Positions 29,892 to 40,305 of a stretch of DNA of 64,000 nucleotides are shown here, one piece after another; the first letter of the stretch is position 1; every line of letters starts with the position of its first letter. Under the pieces are notes generated by a model. The model was not told where the DNA came from and did not search any database. It saw only the letters and a program-made list of their open reading frames with translations. A program made the position numbers and the translations under genes. The stretch lies in contig JBJEJF010000008.1 in assembly GCA_051877775.1 (NCBI GenBank), positions 27,408-91,407 on the forward strand. Reading direction: 5' to 3'. Origin of the DNA: Wujia sp. GTDB lineage: Bacteria; Bacillota; Clostridia; Lachnospirales; Lachnospiraceae.

Positions 29892-31559
29892 ATGAAAAAG
29901 AAAAATGTAATTTTTTTGGTCTGTGCAGTTGTGATTCTGGGAATATTCATCGCCATCACGCTGAACACACCTGGCACTGTTGACCCGGAAACCTATTCAC
30001 CAAAGGTATATTCTACCATAGGTGCATTGCTTCCGCCAATCATTGCCATCGTTCTGGCACTTATCACCAAGGAAGTGTACTCATCACTTTTCGTCGGCAT
30101 CATCGCAGGCGCACTGCTCTATTCCAATGGTAATCTTGAGCTTATGCTCAACACCATGCTCTACAACGGAGACGGCGGTATGATCTATAAGCTGGCTGAC
30201 AGCTGGAATGTAGGTATTCTGGTATTCCTTGTTATCCTGGGCATTATGGTTGCCCTGATGAATAAAGTAGGCGGTTCTGCTGCATTCGGTCAGTGGGCTT
30301 CAACGCATATCAAGACAAGAGTCGGTGCACAGCTTGCAACCATGGCGCTTGGCGTCCTGGTTTTCGTGGATGACTATTTTAACTGCCTTACTGTAGGTTC
30401 CGTCATGCGTCCGGTCACAGACAGACATCAGGTTTCCAGAGCGAAACTGGCTTATCTCATCGATGCAACAGCCGCACCGGTATGTATCATTGCACCTGTG
30501 TCGAGCTGGGCAGCCGCAGTTACCTCATCTGTACCTGAAGGCTCTGACATCAATGGCTTTTCCATGTTTTTAAGAACAATTCCATATAACTTCTATGCAT
30601 TATCCACCTTGCTCATGATTATTCTTATAACCACACTGAAAACAGATTACGGTTTGATGAAGATTCATGAGGAAAACGCGATAAAAGGAGACCTCTTCAC
30701 CACAGCTGCAAGACCTTACGGTGACGCTGATGATGAACCAAGTACACCACACGGCAAGGTAATCGATCTTGTATTTCCTGTTGTAGTTCTTATTGTATGC
30801 TGTATCATCGGCATGATATATACAGGTGGTTTCTTCGAAGGTGAAACATTTATAAATGCATTCTCTAATGCAGATGCATCCATGGGACTTGTTCTCGGTA
30901 GTATCGTAACACTGATTATCACATTCTACTTCTATATGACAAGGGGTGTCATGACTTTCAAGGCATTTACAGAATGTATTCCGGAAGGTTTTAAAGCAAT
31001 GGTTGCACCGATATTGATTCTCACCATGGCATGGACATTGTCAGGTATGACAGGCTTACTTGGTGCCAAGTTCTATGTGCACGATATCGTTGCAGGTTCA
31101 GCCGGCGCATTAAAGCTATTCCTTCCATGCATCATATTTATTGTTGCTCTGTTCCTCGCTTTCTCAACGGGAACAAGCTGGGGAACATTTGCAATTCTGA
31201 TCCCGATCGTCTGCAATGTATTCGGTGAGGGAGATACCTACGAGATGCTCGTTATCTCTATCGCAGCCTGCCTCTCGGGTGCTGTATGCGGAGATCACTG
31301 TTCTCCGATATCCGACACAACGATTATGGCTTCTGCGGGTGCACATTCCGACCATGTAAACCATGTGTCAACACAGCTTCCATATGCCCTGACTGCTGCA
31401 GCAGTTTCCTTTATCGGATATCTGATAGCCGGTACCATAGGATACTTTACAGAGAGTTCACTGGCACTGATTGCACTTCCTGTTACACTCCTGTTAATGG
31501 TTGTCACTGTATTAATTATACGCAAGATAACACAAAAGAAAAAATCGATACAAGAATAA
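29892..31559 (+). CDS. NhaC-family antiporter / amino-acid transporter
   Basis: FVDDYFN, RAKLAYLID, FSTGTSWGTF, GDHCSPISDTTI, HVSTQLPYA. Confidence 0.92.
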   Translation: MKKKNVIFLVCAVVILGIFIAITLNTPGTVDPETYSPKVYSTIGALLPPIIAIVLALITKEVYSSLFVGIIAGALLYSNGNLELMLNTMLYNGDGGMIYKLADSWNVGILVFLVILGIMVALMNKVGGSAAFGQWASTHIKTRVGAQLATMALGVLVFVDDYFNCLTVGSVMRPVTDRHQVSRAKLAYLIDATAAPVCIIAPVSSWAAAVTSSVPEGSDINGFSMFLRTIPYNFYALSTLLMIILITTLKTDYGLMKIHEENAIKGDLFTTAARPYGDADDEPSTPHGKVIDLVFPVVVLIVCCIIGMIYTGGFFEGETFINAFSNADASMGLVLGSIVTLIITFYFYMTRGVMTFKAFTECIPEGFKAMVAPILILTMAWTLSGMTGLLGAKFYVHDIVAGSAGALKLFLPCIIFIVALFLAFSTGTSWGTFAILIPIVCNVFGEGDTYEMLVISIAACLSGAVCGDHCSPISDTTIMASAGAHSDHVNHVSTQLPYALTAAAVSFIGYLIAGTIGYFTESSLALIALPVTLLLMVVTVLIIRKITQKKKSIQE

Positions 31560-31612
31560 TATAATACAAGAATAATATGATATAAAAATAATACGAAAAG
31601 GATAACAGATAC

Positions 31613-32548
31613 ATGAAATCAACAACAGATACCACACGAAAAAGACGCAACTCATTGATACTCGCACTCACATCATTTATATGGGGTATATCTTTCGTGG
31701 CACAGAGTGAAGGTGGAGATGCCATCGGACCATATTCCTTTAATTGCGTACGCTCCATTATAGGCTCACTGTTTTTGATTCTCATTATCTCTATCACGGA
31801 CAGATTTGGAATCACCAAAAAACCTGAGGACAAAAAAGCACAGAGAACCCTTCTCACGGGAGGGGTTCTCTGTGGTATTGTTCTCTGCATTGCAACAAAT
31901 CTTCAGCAAATGGGTATCTATCTCGGAACAGCTTCCGGCAAAGCCGGTTTTCTGACAGCGTGCTATATCCTGCTGGTTCCGATTTTAGGATTGTTTTTCA
32001 AGAAAAAATGCGGCATCAATGTCTGGATAGCCGTAGCAATAAGTTTAGTCGGTCTCTATCTTTTATGTATAGACGGAGCATTCAGATTACAGTTTTCCGA
32101 CACATTGGTTATGCTCTGCGCACTCTGCTTTTCTATACATATTCTGGTGATAGACCATTTCTCACCTATGGTAGACGGACTCCGAATGTCATGCATCCAA
32201 TTTATGATCACAGGTCTTCTAACGGCTATTCCGATGTTTATGACCGAGTTCAAATCCGGTGTACAGGTATGGTTTTCTGCATTCTGCACATGGGACGCAT
32301 GGATTCCTCTGCTCTATGCCGGAATCTTCTCCTGTGGAATCGCTTATACCCTGCAGATCATCGGACAAAAGGGTGTCAACCCGACCATCGCATCCCTTAT
32401 CATGAGCCTGGAATCTGTTTTCTCTGTACTCGCCGGATGGGTTATCCTGCACGAAAAACTCAGTGCAAAAGAACTTACCGGCTGTGTACTTATCTTCGGG
32501 GCCGTGATTTTATCCCAGTTGCCTGCGGGAACAACCATGAAACGATGA
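31613..32548 (+). CDS. DMT/EamA-family transporter
   Basis: IWGISFVAQ, AYTLQIIGQK, SLESVF. About 10 TM segments. Confidence 0.92.
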   Translation: MKSTTDTTRKRRNSLILALTSFIWGISFVAQSEGGDAIGPYSFNCVRSIIGSLFLILIISITDRFGITKKPEDKKAQRTLLTGGVLCGIVLCIATNLQQMGIYLGTASGKAGFLTACYILLVPILGLFFKKKCGINVWIAVAISLVGLYLLCIDGAFRLQFSDTLVMLCALCFSIHILVIDHFSPMVDGLRMSCIQFMITGLLTAIPMFMTEFKSGVQVWFSAFCTWDAWIPLLYAGIFSCGIAYTLQIIGQKGVNPTIASLIMSLESVFSVLAGWVILHEKLSAKELTGCVLIFGAVILSQLPAGTTMKR

Positions 32549-32582
32549 GTTTATTTTATATACTTGTTAATTCCATTGCAAT

Positions 32583-33554
32583 CTACGAACCGTAGAAAAA
32601 CTCCATCTCCTCATGGTTTGCAATCTGCCCGTTCCTGCTTTTTAGATTCAAATGAAATACATGCCCATCCGATTGTTCATTCTGTCCGAATTCACGATAG
32701 ACAAAAGGTATATCAAGCTCCTGCAGTTTGTTTTTCATCGGTATAGTATGCTTTGCAAGATCATCATTCACAGAGAGCATCAGATACGTTTCAGGAAAAT
32801 CTTTCGTCATAAAATCAAGCATTTTAAACAAACTGATTGCAGTATTTTTCTTCATATCGAACGGAAGATACCAATCGACCACCTCATCCTCATATAACAT
32901 GGAACAAACATCATAAACCCCGCAGTTTAATGCTATTTTCTTCGGAAGAACAGGCAGAAGGTCTTTGCCGAAGGAAAATAATTCACGATATTTTTTATTG
33001 GTCGCATAGATACAATACTGGCTCACAAGCTGTGCCCCCGCAGAATCACCCACCATGTATACATGTTCCATATCCAGAGAATACTCCTTGGCATGCGCAA
33101 TCAGATAATCCATCAGACAGCAGACATCCGCAAACCCAGCCGGATATTGGTATTCCGGGCTCAATCTGTAATTAAAATTCACCACCGCAAATCCATACGT
33201 TGCAAGCGTCATGGTATAGAGCTTGTACAATTCCTTATCTCCGTAAAACCATCCTCCGCCATGCACACTGACAATGACAGGATATTTACCGGCTCTTGCA
33301 TAGTTCATATTTTCTACATCCTGTATTGTATCATCCGCCGGATAATAAATATCCATAAGATGCCACTTCTTCTCATCTTCCGTGTCAGACTCCGCATAGG
33401 AAATATCCGCAATCTTATTTACACCCTCCGGCTCTTTTATTCCCGCATCACGCAAAGCATCACTTTTTGCCCATGCGTTTCTCCGCCAGTTTGCTTTTTT
33501 TATAAACTTTTGTAGTAATTTTTCATCCAACTTATCTGCTTCAAATGCATTCAT
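32583..33554 (-). CDS. Alpha/beta hydrolase (HSL-like esterase)
   Basis: VHGGGW, NYRLSP, GDSAG, GHVFH. Confidence 0.92.
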   Translation of the reverse strand: MNAFEADKLDEKLLQKFIKKANWRRNAWAKSDALRDAGIKEPEGVNKIADISYAESDTEDEKKWHLMDIYYPADDTIQDVENMNYARAGKYPVIVSVHGGGWFYGDKELYKLYTMTLATYGFAVVNFNYRLSPEYQYPAGFADVCCLMDYLIAHAKEYSLDMEHVYMVGDSAGAQLVSQYCIYATNKKYRELFSFGKDLLPVLPKKIALNCGVYDVCSMLYEDEVVDWYLPFDMKKNTAISLFKMLDFMTKDFPETYLMLSVNDDLAKHTIPMKNKLQELDIPFVYREFGQNEQSDGHVFHLNLKSRNGQIANHEEMEFFYGS

Positions 33555-33561
33555 TTTCCAA

Positions 33562-34449
33562 TTACCAGCTTTTCTTTTCTTTCACGCAATCATGCTGCTT
33601 CTTGCGTTCCTCAACCATTTTCACAAACCATTCTACCATATTTGGATCGTTATGTGAAAAGAATGCGCTCTGTTTTTTATCCAGTTCTGCAATTTTTTCC
33701 ATATCATCCTCAGATAATTCAAAATCAAACACATTAAAGTTCTCTACCATCCTCTCATAATGTGTAGATTTCGGTATTACAACGATACCTCTCTGCAGAT
33801 GCCATCTGAGAATTACCTGTGCAGCGGACTTTCCGTATCTTAAGCCAATATCTTTTAGTATATCTTCCTCAAACATACCGCCGCGTCCTTCTCCAAATGG
33901 TGCCCATGCTTCCAGCTGAATATCGTATTTATCATGCCATTCTTTGGATTCCTCCTGCTGATGATGTGGATGAATCTCAATCTGATTTACCATCGGTTTG
34001 ATTCTTGCAAATGAAGCAATATCAATCATTCTGTCAGGATAGAAGTTAGAGATCCCAATTGCCCGGATTTTCCCCGCCTCATAATACTCTTCCAATGCTC
34101 TCCATGCACCATAATAATCAGAAAAAGGCTGATGCAACAACATAAGATCAATATAATCTGTCTGCAATTTTCTCATGGATTCATCAATAGATGCCTTACA
34201 TGCCTCGTACCCATAATGCTCGATCCAGACCTTTGTGGTTAAAAATATTTCTTCTCTGGAAATGCCACTTTTCTGAATTGCATTTCCGACTTCCTCCTCG
34301 TTAAAGTATGACTGTGCAGTATCAATCAGACGATACCCGGCTTTCAAAGCATCCAAAACACAACGTTCACACTCATCCTTCGTAACCTGATATACTCCAT
34401 AACCTAATTGTGGCATTTTTATGCCATTGTTTAATGTTACATATTCCAT
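33562..34449 (-). CDS. Aldo/keto reductase (2,5-DKG reductase type)
   Basis: GYGVYQ, IDTAQSY, TTKVW, LLHQP, IGISNF, IPKS. Confidence 0.95.
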   Translation of the reverse strand: MEYVTLNNGIKMPQLGYGVYQVTKDECERCVLDALKAGYRLIDTAQSYFNEEEVGNAIQKSGISREEIFLTTKVWIEHYGYEACKASIDESMRKLQTDYIDLMLLHQPFSDYYGAWRALEEYYEAGKIRAIGISNFYPDRMIDIASFARIKPMVNQIEIHPHHQQEESKEWHDKYDIQLEAWAPFGEGRGGMFEEDILKDIGLRYGKSAAQVILRWHLQRGIVVIPKSTHYERMVENFNVFDFELSEDDMEKIAELDKKQSAFFSHNDPNMVEWFVKMVEERKKQHDCVKEKKSW

Positions 34450-34493
34450 CTGACAACCTCCTTGATAATAAAACATTCTTATGCTACAATCCT

Positions 34494-34524
34494 AGTGTAT
34501 CAATCGGTAGTAACTACCGGTCAA
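34494..34524 (-). promoter_or_regulatory. MerR-type promoter/operator for the aldo/keto reductase
   Basis: TTGACC-19 bp-TACACT with dyad CGGTAGT-A-ACTACCG (34505-34519) in the spacer. Confidence 0.8.
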
Positions 34525-34566
34525 GTGTTTTTTCTGATTTTTATTTTTACTTTTACGGAGGTATTT

Positions 34567-34962
34567 ATGTATACAATGAAGCAGGCCTGCAAAAAAACAG
34601 GATTAGCCTATGAAACATTAAAATTTTATTGCAATCAGGGACTTGTACCAAACGTAAAACGCGATAAAAATAATCATCGTGTATTCGATGATAAAGACAT
34701 AGCCTGGATCAACAGTCTACATTGTCTGAAAAATTGCGGTATGAGCATATCCGAGATGCAGCAATATATTAATTTATGCCTGGCAGGTGAAACTTCCATT
34801 CCCGAAAGGAAGCGAATATTAGAAGTCAAGCGCAACGATTTACTGAAGCAAATGAAGACCTTGCAGGACTCCATCGATTATATTGACTGGAAACAGCGCT
34901 TCTATGATGATGTCCTGTCAGGCAAAACGGAATATTTCAGTAATCTGATTCCAAATGATTAG
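34567..34962 (+). CDS. MerR-family regulator (AdhR-like)
   Basis: MYTMKQAC..TLKFYCNQGL..RDKNNHRVF..CLKNCGMSI. SD GGAGG. Confidence 0.92.
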   Translation: MYTMKQACKKTGLAYETLKFYCNQGLVPNVKRDKNNHRVFDDKDIAWINSLHCLKNCGMSISEMQQYINLCLAGETSIPERKRILEVKRNDLLKQMKTLQDSIDYIDWKQRFYDDVLSGKTEYFSNLIPND

Positions 34963-35794
34963 ATAAAAAATACCTTACAGCATCTATACTTTTTGCAACC
35001 AGAGGATTCCCGGCAAACTGTAGCATATCAGCTTTTTTTAAGACTGCTGTTATCTTATCTGTATCCGAGATATCCGGTGTATTCTGTTCAACCTGAAGCA
35101 CTGCATGTTTCAGTTTAATAAGCATTGCCTTACTATCTGCTAACACACCCTCAAATTTCTCCCTGGTATACACCGCATCCCACGCAGGACAATAATATTG
35201 TATTCCAGGCAGTGCATATATTTTATCAAGACTTTTTATGGTCTCAGAAAAATCCACAAATATCGGCAGATCATTTTTCACCGGTATTGCATCCCCTGTA
35301 AAAACGAATCGGTCATTTAATATGTATGACATCGAACCATGAGAATGTCCTCTGGTCGATATAGCACGGATTCTGATTCTATCCTCAAGCTCAATTCCAT
35401 TCCCGTCTGTAAGCATCTCATCTACTTCTGCCGATTCAGACAATAATGTAAAGAAATTCGGAATCGGGCGCTCACGGAATTGTTTTTGAATATCCTCTAC
35501 CCATGCGGTTTCCTCGCTCGGTGCGTATAACTTACAGCCGGTCTGTCTTTTTATTTCAGCGGCCGCACCTGCATGATCCGGATGGGCGTGTGTCAAAAAT
35601 ATGGCTTTTATCTCTGACATTTTTCTGTTAATAGATTCAAGATACGTCTGAATCAAGGCTTCCGATCCTTCAACACCGCTGTCTATAAGATAGCAATATT
35701 TTCCTGTGATCAGATAAATATTGACATATCGTTTTACTTCCGGCGTAACATAGAATTCTTTTCGTATCAAATGTACCTGTTCTGTTATTTTCAT
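34937..35794 (-). CDS. MBL-fold metallo-hydrolase
   Basis: LIDSG, THAHPDH, GHSHG, FTGDA. Confidence 0.9.
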   Translation of the reverse strand: MKITEQVHLIRKEFYVTPEVKRYVNIYLITGKYCYLIDSGVEGSEALIQTYLESINRKMSEIKAIFLTHAHPDHAGAAAEIKRQTGCKLYAPSEETAWVEDIQKQFRERPIPNFFTLLSESAEVDEMLTDGNGIELEDRIRIRAISTRGHSHGSMSYILNDRFVFTGDAIPVKNDLPIFVDFSETIKSLDKIYALPGIQYYCPAWDAVYTREKFEGVLADSKAMLIKLKHAVLQVEQNTPDISDTDKITAVLKKADMLQFAGNPLVAKSIDAVRYFLSNHLESDY

Positions 35795-35815
35795 ACGTTT
35801 CACCTGCTTTCATAT

Positions 35816-36103
35816 TTATTCAACGATTACTGCCCTGCTATCCACAGAATTCTCACGTAAGAATGCTATTTTCTTGTATTCTTCCGATGCAAAACAGGCA
35901 TCCAGATGTTCCCGCGTATCAAACGCAATTATGATAACCCGGCTCGGATTCCAATCTGTCCCAAGCGGCATAACTTTTTCCGAACGCACGATGTATCTTC
36001 CATGATATTTTTGCACAATTGGTTTCACCATGCGAATATAATCCAGATACGCCTTTCTATCTGTGCTTTCATCAAAATATGTCGTTACAATAAAATAAAC
36101 CAT
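35816..36103 (-). CDS. DUF1330-family protein
   Basis: Y...V.PIVQKYHGRYIVR, IIAF, SEEYKKI...R. Confidence 0.8.
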   Translation of the reverse strand: MVYFIVTTYFDESTDRKAYLDYIRMVKPIVQKYHGRYIVRSEKVMPLGTDWNPSRVIIIAFDTREHLDACFASEEYKKIAFLRENSVDSRAVIVE

Positions 36104-36118
36104 ATTATCCCTCCTTTT

Positions 36119-36138
36119 ATGCAAGTGTTTACTTGCAT
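36119..36138. promoter_or_regulatory. TetR operator, copy 1
   Basis: Palindrome ATGCAAGT-GTTT-ACTTGCAT just upstream of the DUF1330 SD. Confidence 0.75.
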
Positions 36139-36247
36139 ATTGTATAAAAATATTACATTCAAATATTATAAACTGCACATGTTCACAACCGCATACAAAT
36201 ATGTTTTATGAACTATATAGTCTATATAATATCCGAATGTAACAATT

Positions 36248-36823
36248 TTATCTGCAGATTCCGTTTACAAAATGCCGAACACTGCTCTCTATATACTGTT
36301 CTGTCTGTAGCTCAGTCAGCGTATCTCCAAAGGACGCCTTAAAAAACACAAAGCCAAAATTCATTGCCAGAAATGCAACTGCCAAGCTCTCTATATCATT
36401 CGTCTCAATTTTATGTTGCTGCTGCATCTCAGTAAAGTACCGAACCAAAACCTTTTTGAATGTATCGGGAATCTCCCGTATACCATCCCTGGTTACATCA
36501 TACAAATCAGGCGAACGAAGTCCAAGCGATATTTTTACCATTTTGGGTGTTACCTTCCTCAGGTATACACCGGCAAAAGAACATAAATCCTTTTCCACAT
36601 CACCCGTACAAGAAAAATCACGCTCTGAAAGACACGGATTCCATTCCGGCAACGTCATCGCAGCGACAACAATATCCTTTTTCCCCTGGAACTTTCGGAA
36701 GATAGTACATTCATTCACGCCTGCTCTTTTTGCAATATCCTTCGTCGTTGTGGCTGTATAGCCTTTTTCCATAATCAACTGCATCGTTGCATCTAATATT
36801 TTAGATTGTGTTTCATCATACAT
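36248..36823 (-). CDS. TetR-family regulator
   Basis: KGYTATTTKDIAKRAGVNECTIFRKFQGK. Confidence 0.93.
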   Translation of the reverse strand: MYDETQSKILDATMQLIMEKGYTATTTKDIAKRAGVNECTIFRKFQGKKDIVVAAMTLPEWNPCLSERDFSCTGDVEKDLCSFAGVYLRKVTPKMVKISLGLRSPDLYDVTRDGIREIPDTFKKVLVRYFTEMQQQHKIETNDIESLAVAFLAMNFGFVFFKASFGDTLTELQTEQYIESSVRHFVNGICR

Positions 36824-36838
36824 CGCCTCTTGCCTCCT

Positions 36839-36856
36839 TGCAAGTGATTACTTGCA
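36839..36856. promoter_or_regulatory. TetR operator, copy 2
   Basis: TGCAAGT-GATT-ACTTGCA just upstream of the tetR SD. Confidence 0.75.
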
Positions 36857-36913
36857 TATTATTACATATATACAGCAAAGTCAAGAGCTATATTAAACCA
36901 TATTTAATTAGCT

Positions 36914-37282
36914 TTATAACCAGATTGCCTTTACAATAAGCCATATAATAAGCAGCCAGATTATAACAATTGGGATTGCATAGTACCATTTCTTTGGTCT
37001 TCCATCGCTCCACATATTTTCAGCCAATTCATGATTTTTATCCCAAACGCTTGATGGAATCAACTTTATAGTTAATGCAATCAATGCCGGTAGCAAAATC
37101 ACATCATCCAGATATCCCAGCATCGGTATAAAATCAGGTATCAAATCTACTGGAGAAAGTGCATATCCTACGGTAATTGCAGCTATTATTTTAGCTGACA
37201 CAGGAGTATCCTTATCCTTTAAGCACAGGAACACCGTCGGTATGTCTTTTTTTAATTTTTTTGCTCTTTCTTTTAAGTTCAT
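36914..37282 (-). CDS. YkvA/DUF1232 membrane protein
   Basis: YALSPVDLIPDFIPMLGYLDD. Confidence 0.92.
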   Translation of the reverse strand: MNLKERAKKLKKDIPTVFLCLKDKDTPVSAKIIAAITVGYALSPVDLIPDFIPMLGYLDDVILLPALIALTIKLIPSSVWDKNHELAENMWSDGRPKKWYYAIPIVIIWLLIIWLIVKAIWL

Positions 37283-37353
37283 AATGCTATTTTCCCCAAA
37301 CCATAACAAACTTTTTTTATTCGTATTGCTGTCTGAATTTTCATATCATTATT

Positions 37354-37854
37354 TTACTTCTTTTCAAGCCCATACATGGTATTCAACAGACTAATCCCGG
37401 TTTTTGTTCTAAAAACATTATTTCTAAAGGCACAAATGCTTTCTGGTTTTAATGCATCTTCATACGCATTTACCAAGAAATCCGCCTCAAGTAAAATTCG
37501 GTAATCATCTCCGTCAACATCCGTATATGTATGATGATGCCCGATCAAATAACATATTCTATCTATTTCTTCTTGTGTTATTTCAGAAAATTCCTGAAGC
37601 ATTTTTCTCGCATAAGCCGGGCCTTCCTGCTCTTGCAGTTTTCCGTTGCAACGCCCATATTTTTCCTCGCTAGGACGAATGCCTATATCATGCATGATGG
37701 ATGCAATGTCAAGAATTTTCTGCGTCTCGTCGGAAAGCCCTTCTAATTTTCCAATCAAATGTGCATACTCATACACCTTTACAAAATGTTGAATACGTTT
37801 CGGATCTCCTTTATTAAAATCTATCATTTTTACAATTAATTGTTCATTCAGCAT
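37354..37854 (-). CDS. HD-domain phosphohydrolase
   Basis: RIQHF, MHDIG, IGHHHTY, EADFLVN. Confidence 0.88.
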   Translation of the reverse strand: MLNEQLIVKMIDFNKGDPKRIQHFVKVYEYAHLIGKLEGLSDETQKILDIASIMHDIGIRPSEEKYGRCNGKLQEQEGPAYARKMLQEFSEITQEEIDRICYLIGHHHTYTDVDGDDYRILLEADFLVNAYEDALKPESICAFRNNVFRTKTGISLLNTMYGLEKK

Positions 37855-38055
37855 TCTCCTATACATCCTCTCTTTTATTTTAACATCAATCTCTAAAATA
37901 TTCACCGAAAACTCACGCCTTTCTAAGTTCTGCAATGTTTTTTCCATTTTTTAATTCGTGTAATGTCTTACCATTTTATCATAATTTTACAGCGAGATGA
38001 TAGATAATTTAACATACATTCTTATAAAATTATATTGAGGAGGCATGTATATAAA

Positions 38056-39483
38056 ATGAAAGAACTACTTATAGCCTGCACCGTCATACTATTTTTGGTA
38101 GGCTTTGGGGCTGTAGCCGATATTGGATACATGTACGGAGAATATGTTGGCGCTACCATTGCAGTAGTAGCATGGTTTCTTATATGGTTTTTTTTGATAA
38201 AAATCTTTAAAAGGAAAAAGCAGATAAAGGCACAAAAGCTCGAAAAAAAGGCAGATGAAGTCATCGATTATGCCAGAAAATCCGCTGCTTATCACAATAA
38301 ACCTGACAGTACAACAGACTACCATGAACATCTCAAGAGAATTGATGACGAGGAAATGAATAATGACCTCGGAAAAATGCAGCAAACAATCCCGGCAAAA
38401 GAAACCGAAGTCCCGCCCTCTCCTGATTTGACGGACGAGGAAATTCTTGCAGAGTATTCGGATGAATTTACAAAAGAAAGTCCAGCGATTGATATATTGT
38501 TGAAAAAAATATTTAATCGCAAAACACTTCCAGGTATTCTTAAGTCCGCTATACCTTTGATATTAGTATTTTGTTTAATTGTATGGCTCAGCAACGGCAA
38601 AAATGCCCCATTTATGACTATACTGACTACAATCGCCGACTTTATAAAGTTTGCAGTGCTTATGTTAGTCCTCTATTTTGTCGTTCTGAAATACATGCCA
38701 AATGACATTTCACACGACAGCATCATATATAAAAAGATGATTCCGCAGGAAATCGCAAAGCATTTTGGCAAACAAAGCTCATACGAGGCTCCATACGGAC
38801 TTCCCGATAAAGAGATCATGCGTTTTAACTGCTTTAAAAAAGAATTTTCAAATATATCCGGCAAAAATCTGATCTGTGGGAAATACAAAAACGTGGACTT
38901 TCGGGTAGCTTATCAGACTTTACAGCGGGAACATACATATACAGACTCTGAAGGAAAAGATTGTACGGGCTATGAAAATATTTTCAAGGGCATTTTCGTA
39001 AGTCTTCCCTTTCCGAAGACATCCGCTTATCCTCTTGGACTGTATTCAAATTCCAAATCAGAAATAACCGAATCATACAAAACTGAGGGCAGAACCAAGA
39101 AACATATAGACGGAAAAATCAACGGAACGGAAAGTTCCGATTTTAATACTCTGTTTACAATAAATTCCGAGGATGAGAAAAATCTCTACTATATACTTAC
39201 CCCGGAAACTATGGAGAAACTTGCTGCTTTATATATGCATGTATATGGTCCGAAGGATAATACACATAGAGGACCTTACAGCTTTATGAGTAGTGCATTC
39301 AATGGTATCTATGTATTTTTTGATAAAAATATAATTTACATCGGTCTGAGCTCGGATTATGGTTTTTTTTCATTTTCGAGGACTGAACCGACCGCTGAGG
39401 GACTTAAGTCACTACGAAAAAAGATCAATACAACTATTATAATAATAGAACGTATTCTTGATTTTGCACTATCACTTTATTAG
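38056..39483 (+). CDS. DUF3137-like membrane protein
   Basis: Four TM segments, then IFKGIF, TESSDFNTLFTI and YYILTPETMEKL. Directly upstream of LemA. Confidence 0.75.
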   Translation: MKELLIACTVILFLVGFGAVADIGYMYGEYVGATIAVVAWFLIWFFLIKIFKRKKQIKAQKLEKKADEVIDYARKSAAYHNKPDSTTDYHEHLKRIDDEEMNNDLGKMQQTIPAKETEVPPSPDLTDEEILAEYSDEFTKESPAIDILLKKIFNRKTLPGILKSAIPLILVFCLIVWLSNGKNAPFMTILTTIADFIKFAVLMLVLYFVVLKYMPNDISHDSIIYKKMIPQEIAKHFGKQSSYEAPYGLPDKEIMRFNCFKKEFSNISGKNLICGKYKNVDFRVAYQTLQREHTYTDSEGKDCTGYENIFKGIFVSLPFPKTSAYPLGLYSNSKSEITESYKTEGRTKKHIDGKINGTESSDFNTLFTINSEDEKNLYYILTPETMEKLAALYMHVYGPKDNTHRGPYSFMSSAFNGIYVFFDKNIIYIGLSSDYGFFSFSRTEPTAEGLKSLRKKINTTIIIIERILDFALSLY

Positions 39484-39493
39484 GAGGAACGCT

Positions 39494-40048
39494 ATGAAAA
39501 TAAATATTGAATTGATTATATTTGCTGTAATTGTTATTTTGATTATACGAATTCTTGCATATATTATAAAGACAATTAATTCTCTTGTCAGACTCAGAAA
39601 CAAAGCCATAGAGCTTAATTCAGATGTAGATGTTGCTTTGGCAAAACGCTATGATTTACTAAAAAAACAATATAGTGCTGTCAAGATGTATTGTTCACAT
39701 GAAAGTAAAACGCTTATTGAAACAATAAAAATGCGCACTGGTTTGTCTGGAAGTGAAAAAAGCAATGTTTCAAGCAAGTTAAATGATCTTGCACAGCAAC
39801 TCAAAATAACCATGGAAGCATATCCGGAGCTCAAAGCCAACGAACAGTTTATGATGCTCCAACGTAGCTGTGACAAGGCTGAGGAACATTTGCAAGCAGC
39901 ACGGCGTCTCTATAACACAAGCGTCACGAACTATAACAATATGTGTTCCGAGTTTCCATCCTCAATTATTGCTGCTATATCAGGACACAAAACGATGGAA
40001 TATTTCCAAACTGAAGCAGAAAAGAGAAACGATTTCGAATTTACATAA
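39494..40048 (+). CDS. lemA: LemA-family protein
   Basis: N-terminal TM, KRYDL, EAYPELKA, AARRLYN, FPSSIIA. Confidence 0.92.
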   Translation: MKINIELIIFAVIVILIIRILAYIIKTINSLVRLRNKAIELNSDVDVALAKRYDLLKKQYSAVKMYCSHESKTLIETIKMRTGLSGSEKSNVSSKLNDLAQQLKITMEAYPELKANEQFMMLQRSCDKAEEHLQAARRLYNTSVTNYNNMCSEFPSSIIAAISGHKTMEYFQTEAEKRNDFEFT

Positions 40049-40305
40049 AAAAGTCGGACTTGCTTTCATACGCGGCTTTTCATTGTCAAACAAAGTGATA
40101 TGCCATATTCCGATACCGGCACAGGTAAGCCCATATGCTGTCGTATAGTTCACGCCATCCGAAGAAACAATATTATCTTCGACAACCCCTGTTGTAATAC
40201 ATATGTATACATTGCATCTGACAGAAGCAGCTCCGATAATTTTTTTGATACCTCTCTGAAAATCTTGTCTGATTATCCATACATTTATTATCACAATGAT
40301 TGTCT

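Noticed and set aside
40085-40300. ORFs 39980..40294 and 40100..40354 as real genes
   Set aside because: No convincing SD or recognisable motif, and both overlap neighbours. Possibly a gene remnant, but unassignable.
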